Source: Nitrospirota bacterium
Lineage (GTDB): Bacteria; Nitrospirota; Thermodesulfovibrionia; Thermodesulfovibrionales; SM23-35
Length of the DNA: 64,000 nucleotides
Assembly (NCBI GenBank): GCA_963826355.1
Contig: CAWGWX010000015.1
Coordinates: 1,400 to 65,399, forward strand
Direction of reading: 5' to 3'
The notes beneath the pieces are model-generated. The model was not told where the DNA came from. It did not search any database and saw nothing but the letters and a program-made list of their open reading frames with translations. Position numbers and translations under genes: made by a program. Below, piece after piece: positions 27,585 through 37,985 of the stretch (positions within the stretch are counted from its first letter, which is position 1; the number at the start of each line of letters is the position of its first letter).

Positions 27585-29119
27585 CTGATTACCTCCATGA
27601 GGATTCTTGCTATCTGTGTCTCTTGACCACCCGCTACATTAACCCTCTCTAAGAGATGCTGGACTGTTGGGTGCATGAAATCAAGGAATGGGATTGGATA
27701 GGTACCTATCCAGAAAACAAGGACAACAAGAGGTGCAAGAGCTACTAGTTCCCTCAAATCCATGTCAGGCAGTCCAACAACCTTTTCATTGATCTTCATA
27801 AAGAAAACCCTCTGGTAAAGCCAGAGCATATAACCTGCTCCGATGATTACCCCTGATGCTGCAAGCACTCCAGCTAATTTATTTGCTGTGAACCCACCAA
27901 GGAGTGTGAGGAATTCCCCTATGAATCCGTTCGTGCCCGGGAGTCCTACTGCAGCGAGGGTGAAGACCATGAAAAAGGCTGCATATATAGGCATTGGGGT
28001 TGCGAGTCCACCATAATCTGCAATCTTCCGCGTGTGTGTTCTGTCATAGACTATTCCAACGCACATAAAGAGTGCACCCGTTACAACTCCGTGATTGATC
28101 ATCTGTATGATTCCACCCTCTATTCCCTGGCTGTTGAGGGCGAAGATTCCCAGGGTAATAAAACCCATATGGCTCACGGAACTATATGCAATAAGCCTTT
28201 TTAAATCTTTCTGGACGAGGCACACTAATCCAGCATATATGATGGCTATAACAGAGAGGGTCAACATAACAGGAACCAAGGCCTTTGTAGCCTCAGGGAA
28301 AAGGGGGATAGAGAATCTCAGGAAGCCATATGCTCCCATCTTGATAAGAATAGCCGCAAGGATTACACTGCCTGCTGTTGGTGCCTCAGTATGTGCATCT
28401 GGAAGCCATGTATGTACAGGAAACATGGGGACCTTCACTGCAAAGGCAGCAAAGAAGGCCCAGAAAAGCCAAAATTGTATATTGTAGGGGTATGTTTTTG
28501 TCGTCAATTCGAGGATGTCGAATGTCCTGCCTGCATGGAAATAGAGGAAGATTATTCCGACTAACATCAACACACTGCCAACCAGCGTATACAGGATGAA
28601 CTTTATCGTTGCATAAAGCCTGTTCGGACCTCCCCAGACCCCAATAATGAGGTACATGGGTATGAGCATCGCCTCCCAGAAGATATAGAAGAGGAATAAA
28701 TCAAGGGAAGAAAATACACCTGCGATAGCTCCACAAGTCAGGAGGATGGATATATAGAACTCTTTTACCTTTATCTTTATAGAGTTCCATGATATAAGGA
28801 TGCAGAGAATCGATGAAACGGTGGTAAGGAGTACAAGGAGAAGACTTATACCATCGACGCCCAGGTAATATTTGATATTCCAGGCAGATATCCAATCATG
28901 CCTTTCGACAAACTGCATCTTATAGGTAGTCTTATCAAAATTTATAAAGAGAGGGAGGGAAAGGATGAACGTCAGAAGGGCACATATCAGGGCTGCCCAT
29001 TTTATAAGCGACTCCTGTGATCTGGGGATAAGGGTGAGGAGCAGGGCACCCAGAACAGGAAGGAATATAATCGTGCTGAGAATCGGATAACCAAGACTAT
29101 TCATTATCACCTGTTCCAT
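27581..29119 (-). CDS. nuoM: NADH-quinone oxidoreductase subunit M
   Basis: 512 aa, antiporter-like. WLPDAHTEAPTAGSVILA motif. Confidence 0.92.
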   Translation of the reverse strand: MEQVIMNSLGYPILSTIIFLPVLGALLLTLIPRSQESLIKWAALICALLTFILSLPLFINFDKTTYKMQFVERHDWISAWNIKYYLGVDGISLLLVLLTTVSSILCILISWNSIKIKVKEFYISILLTCGAIAGVFSSLDLFLFYIFWEAMLIPMYLIIGVWGGPNRLYATIKFILYTLVGSVLMLVGIIFLYFHAGRTFDILELTTKTYPYNIQFWLFWAFFAAFAVKVPMFPVHTWLPDAHTEAPTAGSVILAAILIKMGAYGFLRFSIPLFPEATKALVPVMLTLSVIAIIYAGLVCLVQKDLKRLIAYSSVSHMGFITLGIFALNSQGIEGGIIQMINHGVVTGALFMCVGIVYDRTHTRKIADYGGLATPMPIYAAFFMVFTLAAVGLPGTNGFIGEFLTLLGGFTANKLAGVLAASGVIIGAGYMLWLYQRVFFMKINEKVVGLPDMDLRELVALAPLVVLVFWIGTYPIPFLDFMHPTVQHLLERVNVAGGQETQIARILMEVIR

Positions 29120-29123
29120 AGTA

Positions 29124-31037
29124 TCACCATAGTATAAAAATGATTAAAATAAGTACCCCGGCAGCCATTATGATTGCATAATGCTGGGCAAGACCTGTCT
29201 GTGCTTTCCTCAATATTCCGGCGAATCTTCCGATTGTCCTCGGGACACCATTTACAATACCTTCTATGATCTTTGCGTCCGTGAAACCCTCAATAAAGCG
29301 CTTAGCAATCCAGAGAGTGGGTCGGATGAGGATAAAGCTGTATAACTCATCAACATAGTATTTATTGAAGAGTATCCTGTAAATGAAGCGGAAGTTGTGT
29401 GCGAGTCTAACAGGTATACCCGTTTTCATGAGATAAAAGATTCCAGCAATAGCGAGGCCGGTAAGTGCTATAGACGTCGAAAGACCCATTATCCCAAATT
29501 CCTGTGCATGGGTTCCGTGGAACTCGGGATGCCCGACTACGGGTTTCAGAAACTCAGCAAATTGGGCACCTCCTCCGAGTATTTCGGGGATACCAACCCA
29601 TCCTACACCGATTGCACCGGCAGCCAATATTATAAGAGGTATGGTCATAACTGCTGGTGACTCGTGGAGGTGATGTTCCTCGTGATGGGTTCCACGGAAT
29701 TTTCCATGGAATGTAAGGAAGATCATTCTGAATGAATAAAAAGGCGTAAAGAAGGCAACAGCAGTAACAACAATCCATACAAACTTTCCTATAGGGCTTC
29801 CAGAGGCAAAGGCAGACCAGATGATCTCGTCCTTGCTAAAGAATCCTGCAAGACCCGGGACACCTCCAGCGCTTAATGCTGCTATGAACATGGTAATGTA
29901 GGTAATCGGCATATATTTTTTGAGGCTACCCATCCTCTGGATGTCATTATGGTGAACAGCATGGATGACACTTCCTGCAGCGAGGAACAGTAATGCCTTG
30001 AAGAATGCATGGGTATAAAGGTGAAAGACTCCTGCAGCGTAGGCACCCACCCCGCATGCGAGGAACATCATTCCGAGGTGGCTTAATGTAGAGTAAGCGA
30101 TGATCCTTTTTATATCATTCTGGACAACGGCGATAGTAGCTGCAAACAAGGATGTAACCGCTCCGACAATGGCTACCACGTTCATTGCTATGGGCGATAA
30201 ATTAAATATGGTATTACACCTTGCTACCAAGAATACACCTGCCGTGACCATTGTTGCAGCATGGATGAGGGCACTGACAGGTGTCGGACCTTCCATTGCA
30301 TCGGGTAGCCATACATGGAGGGGTATCTGGGCTGATTTACCGATGGAGCCGCAAAAGAGGAGTAATGCTATCAAAGTTATTAAATCAACCTCATATCCGA
30401 GGAAGTTTACGGTCTGGCCTACAACGGTTTTTACCTGAGCAAATACAGGGACATAGTGGAGAGTCCCAAAGGTGAGGAATATCATGAATACACCGAGGGC
30501 AAACCCGAAGTCGCCAAATCTATTTACAATAAATGCCTTCTTCCCTGCATCAGCTGCTGCCTTCTTTTCGTACCAGAAACCTATCAGAAAATAGGAGCAG
30601 AGACCAACACCCTCCCACCCAAGGTAGAGCTGGACAAAGTTATTCGCTGTGACGAGCATGAGCATAAAGAACGTAAAAAGGCTTAGATAGGCAAAAAACC
30701 TGTAATAACCTTTATCTCCGTGCATATAGCCAATAGAGTAAATATGGATGAGAGAACCAACAAACGTAACGACAATGATCATTACCGCTGTAAGCTGGTC
30801 GATAAGGAAACCGACAGAGACCTTGAACGTACCAGAAATTATCCAGGTGTAGAGGTCTTCGTTTATTATCTTGCCATGAATGACGTCCCATGCGGTTATT
30901 GCCGATGCAACAAAGGAACCAATAATTGCGAGGCATGAAAACCAGTATGCCTTATCTCTTATGAGACTCCTGCCAAAAAGGATGTTTATGACAAATGCTG
31001 CCAGAGGTAAAAAGGGTATCAATAAATAGGTTTTCAT
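29124..31037 (-). CDS. nuoL: NADH-quinone oxidoreductase subunit L
   Basis: 637 aa. WLPDAMEGPTPVSALIHAATMV, with a long C-terminal extension (lateral helix region). Confidence 0.93.
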   Translation of the reverse strand: MKTYLLIPFLPLAAFVINILFGRSLIRDKAYWFSCLAIIGSFVASAITAWDVIHGKIINEDLYTWIISGTFKVSVGFLIDQLTAVMIIVVTFVGSLIHIYSIGYMHGDKGYYRFFAYLSLFTFFMLMLVTANNFVQLYLGWEGVGLCSYFLIGFWYEKKAAADAGKKAFIVNRFGDFGFALGVFMIFLTFGTLHYVPVFAQVKTVVGQTVNFLGYEVDLITLIALLLFCGSIGKSAQIPLHVWLPDAMEGPTPVSALIHAATMVTAGVFLVARCNTIFNLSPIAMNVVAIVGAVTSLFAATIAVVQNDIKRIIAYSTLSHLGMMFLACGVGAYAAGVFHLYTHAFFKALLFLAAGSVIHAVHHNDIQRMGSLKKYMPITYITMFIAALSAGGVPGLAGFFSKDEIIWSAFASGSPIGKFVWIVVTAVAFFTPFYSFRMIFLTFHGKFRGTHHEEHHLHESPAVMTIPLIILAAGAIGVGWVGIPEILGGGAQFAEFLKPVVGHPEFHGTHAQEFGIMGLSTSIALTGLAIAGIFYLMKTGIPVRLAHNFRFIYRILFNKYYVDELYSFILIRPTLWIAKRFIEGFTDAKIIEGIVNGVPRTIGRFAGILRKAQTGLAQHYAIIMAAGVLILIIFILW

Positions 31038-31095
31038 ATTTTCAACCTTTTAAACTTCCAACTTAGAACTTTACGCTTTGCACTCTGCACTTTCA

Positions 31096-31398
31096 TCATC
31101 CCTTCATCTCTTGAATCTCATCCACATGGGCTGTAGCCTTGTTTCTGAAGAAGGCGATGATTATTGCAAGTCCTATCGCAGCTTCTGAAGCTGCAACAGC
31201 GATAACAAAGAAAGCGAGGATCTGTCCCCGCAGATCCTGCAGGTAGTGGCTCAGGGATATGAGATTGATATTGACAGCATTGAGCATCAGCTCTATGGAC
31301 ATGAAGATGATAATAATGTTTCTCCTCGAGAGGAACCCAAAAACGCCGATGGTAAAAACCACCGTACTGAGTACCATGTACCAGCTTAACGGAACCAT
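31096..31398 (-). CDS. nuoK: NADH-quinone oxidoreductase subunit K
   Basis: 100 aa, 3 TM. SIELMLNAVNINL...AASEAAIGLAI. Confidence 0.93.
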   Translation of the reverse strand: MVPLSWYMVLSTVVFTIGVFGFLSRRNIIIIFMSIELMLNAVNINLISLSHYLQDLRGQILAFFVIAVAASEAAIGLAIIIAFFRNKATAHVDEIQEMKG

Positions 31399-31401
31399 AA
31401 A

Positions 31402-31914
31402 CTAACCTTTAAGCCTCCTCTTTGCAAGGACTATAGCACCAATTATTGCAACAAGAAGTATCAGTGAAGCTATTTCAAAAGGAAAGAGAAAGTCTGTATA
31501 TAATAATTTCCCCAGGGCCTTTACATGAGACTCCTTTTTTATAAAGTCAATGGTATACATGCCTGGTGGAGCAAGGACAAAAGACCTGATTGACATTAGA
31601 ATGACTGCCAGGAGCCCAATTGCAAAGGTCAATCCTGTTGGCCAGGCACCGATAAATCTATTTATCCTGAGTTCTTCCCTGATGTTCAACAACAGCACAG
31701 CAAAAAGGAACAACACAAGTATTCCACCTGCATAAACAATCACCTGTATGACTGCTATAAACTCAGCATTCAAAAAAAGATACAGACTTGCTATGTGGAA
31801 GAAGAGTAAAAGCATCCAGAGCACACTGTGGATAGGGTTTTTCCTCGTTATAACGAGTATCGAAAGTAAGACAATGGCAAAGGCAAAATAAGCAAAGATT
31901 ATTTCGTGAATCAT
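31402..31914 (-). CDS. nuoJ: NADH-quinone oxidoreductase subunit J
   Basis: 170 aa, 5 TM. Position between nuoI and nuoK. VYAGGILVLFLF. Confidence 0.88.
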   Translation of the reverse strand: MIHEIIFAYFAFAIVLLSILVITRKNPIHSVLWMLLLFFHIASLYLFLNAEFIAVIQVIVYAGGILVLFLFAVLLLNIREELRINRFIGAWPTGLTFAIGLLAVILMSIRSFVLAPPGMYTIDFIKKESHVKALGKLLYTDFLFPFEIASLILLVAIIGAIVLAKRRLKG

Positions 31915-32441
31915 GAGCGTTTCCCTCTGAATACTGCCTGACCTGAAGGAGTCTCAAAATCATCAGACAGGGGTCGCCAGAATTTCCTGAAATACTCTTC
32001 TCCCTTTTTCCCACCCATATATTTATCCCAATTTTGAAGCAGTCTATCCTTTGTCCGATAGAGGTTTTCTTTCTTATAATCAGAATATTCATAATTCTCT
32101 GTGAGGACGACCGCTCCATACGGGCATACCTCCATGCAAAACCCGCAGAAAATACATCTCAATACATCTATCTCATATCTTGCAACCTGTCCTTTTTCTC
32201 TGAAGACAGAAATACACTGTGAAGGGCAGATTGTAGCACAAAGTCCGCAGCCAACACATTTCGCCTTACCCTCTGGATTTTTTGCTAAGGCATGCTCGCC
32301 TCTGAAACCCGGTGCTATTTTTCGCCTTTCCTTGGGATACTGTATAGTAACGGCATGTGAGAACATTCGTCTTAAGGTAAGAGCCATACCTTTGAGTATT
32401 TCTATGAAGAATATCTTCTCTACAAGTTTCTTAGCAGTCAC
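31911..32441 (-). CDS. nuoI: NADH-quinone oxidoreductase subunit I (2x[4Fe-4S]) with a ~35-aa C-terminal extension
   Basis: 176 aa. CVGCGLCATICP and CIFCGFCMEVCP. Confidence 0.93.
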   Translation of the reverse strand: MTAKKLVEKIFFIEILKGMALTLRRMFSHAVTIQYPKERRKIAPGFRGEHALAKNPEGKAKCVGCGLCATICPSQCISVFREKGQVARYEIDVLRCIFCGFCMEVCPYGAVVLTENYEYSDYKKENLYRTKDRLLQNWDKYMGGKKGEEYFRKFWRPLSDDFETPSGQAVFRGKRS

Positions 32442-32452
32442 TCTTCACTCCC

Positions 32453-33508
32453 TTAATGTGATACGAGAATTTTAACCAGACCTGTCACCAATATGTTTGC
32501 CAATGCCACCGGTATAAGCACCTTCCAGCCGATAGCCATAAGCTGGTCATATCGGTATCTTGGCACCGTTGCTCTTATCCAGTAATAAAAGAAAATAAAG
32601 GCGTAGACTTTTAAAAGAAACCATACAATTCCTGGCACATGTTGTAGAAATGGTAACGCCTTTGCGACATACCATGGGATTGTCCAGCCGCCGAGAAAGC
32701 ATACTGCTGCGAGAGAAGCCATAATAAACATTGCTATGTACTCACCAAGGAAGAAAAGCGCAAACCTGAAGCCACTGTATTCCACAAAATACCCTGCAAC
32801 AAGCTCGCTCTCAGCCTCAGGGAGGTCAAAGGGTGTCCTGTTTGTTTCAGCTATTGCAGCGATAGTGAACACGACGAAAGCCACTATCTGAGGTATTGCA
32901 TACATTCCGTACCGAGACGCTTCCTGTGCCATTACGATATCAGATAGATTCAGAGATCCTGCCTTGATTATCACACCGACAAGACTCAGACCCATTGCTA
33001 TTTCATAACTGATGACCTGTGCCGATGACCTCAGGCCGCCAATGAATGCATATTTAGAGTTCGATGCCCACCCTGATATGAATATGCCATAGACACCAAG
33101 ACCTGCTATGGCAAAGATGAATAAAAGCCCTACATTGATGTTTGCGATTACAAAATGAGACGAGAAAGGAATAACCGCCAGGTTTATCATGGATGCAGCC
33201 ATAAAGATGACAGGGGCGAGGTAAAACAACGTCTTATCTGCATCTGCCGGAATCACGTCTTCCTTGAAGAACAATTTTATACCATCAGCAATTGGCTGTA
33301 ATAATCCATGTGGTCCCACCCTCATCGGACCAAGTCTCACCTGCATATGTCCAATAACCTTGCGCTCGAAATAGGTAGCATATGCTACATGGAGAAGCCC
33401 AATCCCGAGAACCACAGCAATCTTTATTATGATGATTGCAACATTAATTCCAAATTTCGTTAATGTATCAAGTGTTGTGGGCGATATGATATTAGTAATA
33501 GTGTCCAT
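32453..33508 (-). CDS. nuoH: NADH-quinone oxidoreductase subunit H
   Basis: 351 aa. RKVIGHMQVRLGPMRVGPHGLLQPIADGIKL, ETNRTPFDLPEAESELVAGY. Confidence 0.95.
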   Translation of the reverse strand: MDTITNIISPTTLDTLTKFGINVAIIIIKIAVVLGIGLLHVAYATYFERKVIGHMQVRLGPMRVGPHGLLQPIADGIKLFFKEDVIPADADKTLFYLAPVIFMAASMINLAVIPFSSHFVIANINVGLLFIFAIAGLGVYGIFISGWASNSKYAFIGGLRSSAQVISYEIAMGLSLVGVIIKAGSLNLSDIVMAQEASRYGMYAIPQIVAFVVFTIAAIAETNRTPFDLPEAESELVAGYFVEYSGFRFALFFLGEYIAMFIMASLAAVCFLGGWTIPWYVAKALPFLQHVPGIVWFLLKVYAFIFFYYWIRATVPRYRYDQLMAIGWKVLIPVALANILVTGLVKILVSH

Positions 33509-33510
33509 AT

Positions 33511-34989
33511 TTACCTGTCACACTCACCGAGTACGATATCGATCGTTCCTATGTTAGCTATTACATCTGCAACCAGATGCCCAACGCACAGCCTTGGCAA
33601 AACACCGGCGTGCACAAAAGAAGGTGCCCTTACCCTCATCCGGTAAGGCTTTCCTGATCCATCGCTCACAAAATAAAAACCGAGTTCCCCTTTCGGAACT
33701 TCTGTGGCAACGTAGATTTCTCCCTCTGGGGCCCTCGGTCCTCTTCTAACAAACTCAAAATGTTTAACAAGGTGTTCTTGGGCTTTTGTGAACTCTTCTG
33801 GTAACGGAGCTTCAGCCAATTCAGCCAGTTTTTCATCGCTCAGGCCTTTCCCACCTGGTACTATTGTCAATGCTTTAAACTTGCAGGTCGCAAAACAGGT
33901 AGCGCAACCCAAACACAATTCCTGCTTAATTGTATGAGGTTTTTTCTTTTCCCCGAAGATTGCTTTTGCAGGACATGCCCTCATACACATGCCACACCCT
34001 TTACAGGCTTTTTCCTTAATATAAAATGCATGTGCTTGAGTGGGATGGGTGATAGGAAACATTTTATCCTTCGGTTGGAGGGTAAATTTAGGGGCATCTG
34101 CCATAACAGGACCTGGAGGCAGCATTTCGATACACTGCCTGATGATCTTGTTTGACTGCCTCATTTCCAGCATTCTGCAGCGGTATCTGTCGTAGGTATC
34201 ACCCTCTGTTCCGATGGGTACTTCAAAATCAACCTTATCATAGGCATCATAGGGGAAATGTTTTCGTACATCATAAGGAACGCCTGAGCCCCTTAATGTC
34301 GGCCCTGTGAGTCCCCAGTTTATTGCTTCTTCTGCTGAGATTACCCCAATGCCTATAGTCCTCTTAAGCCATATCCTGTTCTGGTCAATAAGGGTCTCAT
34401 ATTCCAGAATCCGTGAAGGGAATTCTTCAGTGAACTTATAAAGGCTGTCAAGAAATTCTTGTGAAACATCGTTTCTTACGCCACCTATTCTTGGATAGGT
34501 GACAGTAAGTCTCGCACCACAGATCATCTCAAACAGTTCAAGGATCCACTCCCTCTCCCTGAAACAATAGAGGAAAACCGTCATTGCACCGATATCAAGG
34601 GCGTGGGTTGCCAGCCAGAGGAGATGGTTAGATATCCTTGACATCTCCCCGACAATAGTTCTTATGAATTTGGCCCTCTCTGGAGCCTCTATTTCGAACA
34701 GTTTTTCAACGGCAACGACATAGCCAATATTATTTGACATTGCAGAGACATAATCCATTCTGTCTGTAAGAGGTAATGCCTGGAAGTAACTCAGGCTTTC
34801 ACCAAGCTTTTCGATACCTCTGTGCAGATAACCTATATAAGGTGTTACGTTAACAATGATTTCACCATCTATATCAAGGACGAGTCTCAGGACACCGTGG
34901 GTGGCCGGGTGCTGCGGCCCCATATTGACATTGAGTTCCCTTGTTTCGAATATCTTCTCTACCTGCTCCATCCTATCCTTCCCACTCAA
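33511..34989 (-). CDS. nuoD: NADH-quinone oxidoreductase subunit D carrying an internal ~90-aa 2x[4Fe-4S] ferredoxin-like insertion
   Basis: 492 aa against ~400 for canonical Nuo[17 protein letters not shown]-terminus and [13 protein letters not shown]...RVRAPSF C-terminus. Insert at residues ~311-401 has [12 protein letters not shown] and [11 protein letters not shown]. Confidence 0.93.
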   Translation of the reverse strand: MSGKDRMEQVEKIFETRELNVNMGPQHPATHGVLRLVLDIDGEIIVNVTPYIGYLHRGIEKLGESLSYFQALPLTDRMDYVSAMSNNIGYVVAVEKLFEIEAPERAKFIRTIVGEMSRISNHLLWLATHALDIGAMTVFLYCFREREWILELFEMICGARLTVTYPRIGGVRNDVSQEFLDSLYKFTEEFPSRILEYETLIDQNRIWLKRTIGIGVISAEEAINWGLTGPTLRGSGVPYDVRKHFPYDAYDKVDFEVPIGTEGDTYDRYRCRMLEMRQSNKIIRQCIEMLPPGPVMADAPKFTLQPKDKMFPITHPTQAHAFYIKEKACKGCGMCMRACPAKAIFGEKKKPHTIKQELCLGCATCFATCKFKALTIVPGGKGLSDEKLAELAEAPLPEEFTKAQEHLVKHFEFVRRGPRAPEGEIYVATEVPKGELGFYFVSDGSGKPYRMRVRAPSFVHAGVLPRLCVGHLVADVIANIGTIDIVLGECDR

Positions 34990-35563
34990 ACTCCCTTAAT
35001 TCCTTTGATCTGGTTAGCACCTCAGTAAAGCCATGCCAGTCTTTCTCAGGCTCAGGACCTTTGAGAGGATAGTCTTTTCTCAAAGGGTGTCCTTCCCAAT
35101 CCTCTGGCAGGAGAATCCTTCTGAGATCAGGATGACCCTTGAATTCTATTCCGAACATGTCAAAACATTCTCTTTCGTGCCAATTAGCACCTGCCCAAAT
35201 AGATGTAACCGTGTGGATATGGGAGTCATTCTCTGGAACTTGAGCCCTCACTCTTATCCTGTGAAGGTATTTTATGGAATAAAGGTTATATACAACTTCG
35301 AATCGCGGTTCCTTTTTACCATGGTAATCAACGCCACAAAGATCCTGGAGGTGTTCAAAAAGTAAAACGGGTTCATCATGGAGGTACCTGCAGATATCTC
35401 CAATCCTGCCTCTCTTAACGATGACAGAAACCTGATCCCTGAAATTTGTGACGTCTACAACTTCGTTAGGGAACTTTTCCTTTATTTTTTCTGCTATCTC
35501 GGTTGGTTCCAGCCCCTTGAAGGGTAAGGAGATTCTTGTCAGTACTACCGCCATGGACTCCAC
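34973..35563 (-). CDS. nuoC: NADH-quinone oxidoreductase subunit C
   Basis: 196 aa. [26 protein letters not shown]. Confidence 0.93.
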   Translation of the reverse strand: MESMAVVLTRISLPFKGLEPTEIAEKIKEKFPNEVVDVTNFRDQVSVIVKRGRIGDICRYLHDEPVLLFEHLQDLCGVDYHGKKEPRFEVVYNLYSIKYLHRIRVRAQVPENDSHIHTVTSIWAGANWHERECFDMFGIEFKGHPDLRRILLPEDWEGHPLRKDYPLKGPEPEKDWHGFTEVLTRSKELREFEWEG

Positions 35564-36066
35564 CTCGCCCGTTCATGGCGTATCTTCTCCTGAAGCTTCA
35601 TCATTCCCTCTAATAATGTTTCAGGTCTCGGAGGACAACCAGGAACATACACATCAACAGGGAGAAAGGTATCACAGCCCTGAACTGTATTGTATGTTCT
35701 GAAGATTCCGCCAGTGCATGCACAGCTTCCCATGGCTACTACATACCTCGGTTCAGGAATCTGGTCATAAACCCTTCTGACAACAGGGGCCATCTTTTTT
35801 GTGACAGTACCGGCAATAATCATGCAATCTGCCTGTCTTGGCGAGCCCCTGAATATGATTCCGAACCTGTCAAAGTCATAATGGGCTGCGCCTGCAGCCA
35901 TCATCTCGATTGCACAGCATGCGAGGCCGAATGTTGTTGGCCATATTGACGATAATCTCCCCCAGTTAATGATTTTGTCAAAGGTGGTGATAATGATATT
36001 TGGAGGTAATATCTTTGTGCCTTCTTCTACCTGAATAAGGCCAACTGTTGATGTATCAATCAACAT
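35545..36066 (-). CDS. nuoB: NADH-quinone oxidoreductase subunit B (cluster N2)
   Basis: 173 aa. [26 protein letters not shown]. Confidence 0.95.
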   Translation of the reverse strand: MLIDTSTVGLIQVEEGTKILPPNIIITTFDKIINWGRLSSIWPTTFGLACCAIEMMAAGAAHYDFDRFGIIFRGSPRQADCMIIAGTVTKKMAPVVRRVYDQIPEPRYVVAMGSCACTGGIFRTYNTVQGCDTFLPVDVYVPGCPPRPETLLEGMMKLQEKIRHERARWSPWR

Positions 36067-36088
36067 CTCCTACCCCCCTGCTTTTATT

Positions 36089-36460
36089 TTAATCCCACTG
36101 GAAGGCCTCTTTCTTCCAGGCGTAAATATAACCTACGAAAAGGATTACGATGAAGATAACCATTTCTATAAATGCGTACAGCCCGATTTTATCGAATACT
36201 ACAGCCCATGGATAGATAAATATCGCCTCAACATCGAACACCACAAAAAGCATGGCAATAACGTAAAACCTGATGGAAAATCTATAGCGAGGTTCTCCTT
36301 TCGGGGTGATGCCTGATTCATAAGGCATGAGCTTTTCATGATAGGGCTTTTTTGGTCTGAAAATCATACCGAGTAGTAAGGCACCAAGACCAAAAGCTGC
36401 CGCGATCAAAATAAAAATAAGAACTGGTAAATATTCTGATGGTAAATAGGTTCCAGGCAT
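36089..36460 (-). CDS. nuoA: NADH-quinone oxidoreductase subunit A
   Basis: 123 aa, 3 TM. PYESGI...FYVIAMLFVVFDVE. Confidence 0.92.
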   Translation of the reverse strand: MPGTYLPSEYLPVLIFILIAAAFGLGALLLGMIFRPKKPYHEKLMPYESGITPKGEPRYRFSIRFYVIAMLFVVFDVEAIFIYPWAVVFDKIGLYAFIEMVIFIVILFVGYIYAWKKEAFQWD

Positions 36461-36471
36461 AAGCGTTCATT

Positions 36472-36501
36472 TTTATACTTAAAAGCATCAGCCATTGTCA
36501 A
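36472..36501 (-). promoter_or_regulatory. candidate sigma70 promoter of the nuo operon (TTGACA-18-TATAAA), only 11 nt from the nuoA ATG
   Basis: Minus strand: TTGACA is 36501-36496 and TATAAA is 36477-36472. No SD before the ATG at 36460. Confidence 0.45.
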
Positions 36502-36561
36502 GTTAAAAATTTACATTGTTTAAAAGGAAAGATGAAATTCTGGAAATCCACAGAAACAAAG

Positions 36562-36570
36562 TGCTATAAT
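36562..36570 (+). promoter_or_regulatory. candidate extended -10 promoter (TGcTATAAT) overlapping the first ATG of the pntAA ORF
   Basis: tgctataat at 36562-36570. The next in-frame ATG at 36581 would give a leader of ~4 nt. Confidence 0.35.
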
Positions 36571-37687
36571 GTTTGCCATTATGTCCTTGAGCGTTTCCAT
36601 TTTAAGAGAAGTAACACCAGATGAAAAAAGGGTAGCTTTGGTACCCGAGTCTGTTAAAAAGCTTACAGACAAGGGTTTCAAGGTGCATATTGAAAGAGGA
36701 GCAGGTGAGAATGCACGCTATCCTGATTCATCGTATAGAGAATCTGGTGCCGAAGTCTTAGAGAGCGCCAGAGAAGTTTTATCCCTCGCTCAAATCATTC
36801 TCAAGGTTCAACCTCCAACACCTGAAGAAATAGATGCAATCTCCCCTGGCAGTTTTGTGATCGGGCTTCTGCAGCACTATAAATATCCAGAGAGAGTAAA
36901 GAAGATGGCTGGAAAAAATATCAATGCCTTTGCAATAGAACTTATTCCACGGATTAGCAGGGCACAATCGATTGATGCCCTTTCCTCTCAAGCTGCCGTT
37001 GCCGGATACAAGGCAGCAATTATCGCTGCAAACCTGTCGAGCAGATTTTTCCCTATGCTTACAACCGCAGCAGGAACAATTAGACCGTCTAAGGTTCTGG
37101 TTATAGGGGCTGGGGTTGCTGGTCTTCAGGCTATAGCAACTGCCAGAAGGCTTGGCGCAGTCGTAGAAGCCTATGATGTGAGAAAGGCAGCAAAAGAAGA
37201 AATTGAAAGCCTCGGTGCAAGATTTCTTGAATCTCCCGTTGTTGCTGAAGGAGCAGGAGGATACGCAAGAGAACTTACGCAAGAGGAAAAAGATACGCAA
37301 CACAAATTCATGGCTGACAATATTGGGAGGGCTGATGTTGTGATAACGACAGCCCAGGTGCCAGGCAGAAAGGCACCGGTCATTATTACCAGAGATATGG
37401 TCGATAAGATGAAACCTTCCTCTGTTATCGTTGATATTGCTGCGGAGAATGGCGGAAACTGCGAACTTACCAAACCGGGTGAGACTTTGGAGTATAAAGG
37501 TGTTCTTATATATGGACCTTTAAACCTCCCAAGCACTTTAGCTACCCATGCGAGCGAGATGTATTCAAAAAATCTCGTCAATTTTTTGAACCTCCTCACG
37601 AAAGACGGGAAAACCCTCGATGTGGATTTCAACGATGAAATACTCCAGAAATCCTGCATAACGTATAAAGGCGAGACAAAGATATAG
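36569..37687 (+). CDS. pntAA: NAD(P) transhydrogenase subunit alpha, part 1 (true start may be the ATG at 36581)
   Basis: 372 aa. E.RVALVPESVKKL, VLVIGAGVAGLQAIATARRLGA Rossmann motif. Confidence 0.92.
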   Translation: MFAIMSLSVSILREVTPDEKRVALVPESVKKLTDKGFKVHIERGAGENARYPDSSYRESGAEVLESAREVLSLAQIILKVQPPTPEEIDAISPGSFVIGLLQHYKYPERVKKMAGKNINAFAIELIPRISRAQSIDALSSQAAVAGYKAAIIAANLSSRFFPMLTTAAGTIRPSKVLVIGAGVAGLQAIATARRLGAVVEAYDVRKAAKEEIESLGARFLESPVVAEGAGGYARELTQEEKDTQHKFMADNIGRADVVITTAQVPGRKAPVIITRDMVDKMKPSSVIVDIAAENGGNCELTKPGETLEYKGVLIYGPLNLPSTLATHASEMYSKNLVNFLNLLTKDGKTLDVDFNDEILQKSCITYKGETKI

Positions 37688-37699
37688 GAGGCTTTTGAA

Positions 37700-37981
37700 A
37701 TGAGCGAAATATGGATTGCCCTCTACATTTTTATCCTTTCCGGGTTTACAGGTTTTGAGGTTATCTCAAGAGTACCCGTTATCCTTCATACTCCCCTCAT
37801 GTCAGGAACAAACTTTATTCACGGGATCGTTTTAGTCGGAGCCATGGTTGTCATGGGAAGGGCTGAAACTACGACGGAGATGATCATCGGTGCTCTCGGT
37901 GTTTGGCTTGGTGTCCTGAATGTTGTAGGTGGGTTTGCGGTGACGGACAGGATGCTGGAGATGTTTAAGAAGGGGAAATGA
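37700..37981 (+). CDS. pntAB: NAD(P) transhydrogenase subunit alpha, part 2 (membrane)
   Basis: 93 aa, 3 TM. HTPLMSGTNFIHGIVLVGA. Confidence 0.9.
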   Translation: MSEIWIALYIFILSGFTGFEVISRVPVILHTPLMSGTNFIHGIVLVGAMVVMGRAETTTEMIIGALGVWLGVLNVVGGFAVTDRMLEMFKKGK

Positions 37982-37985
37982 GATT

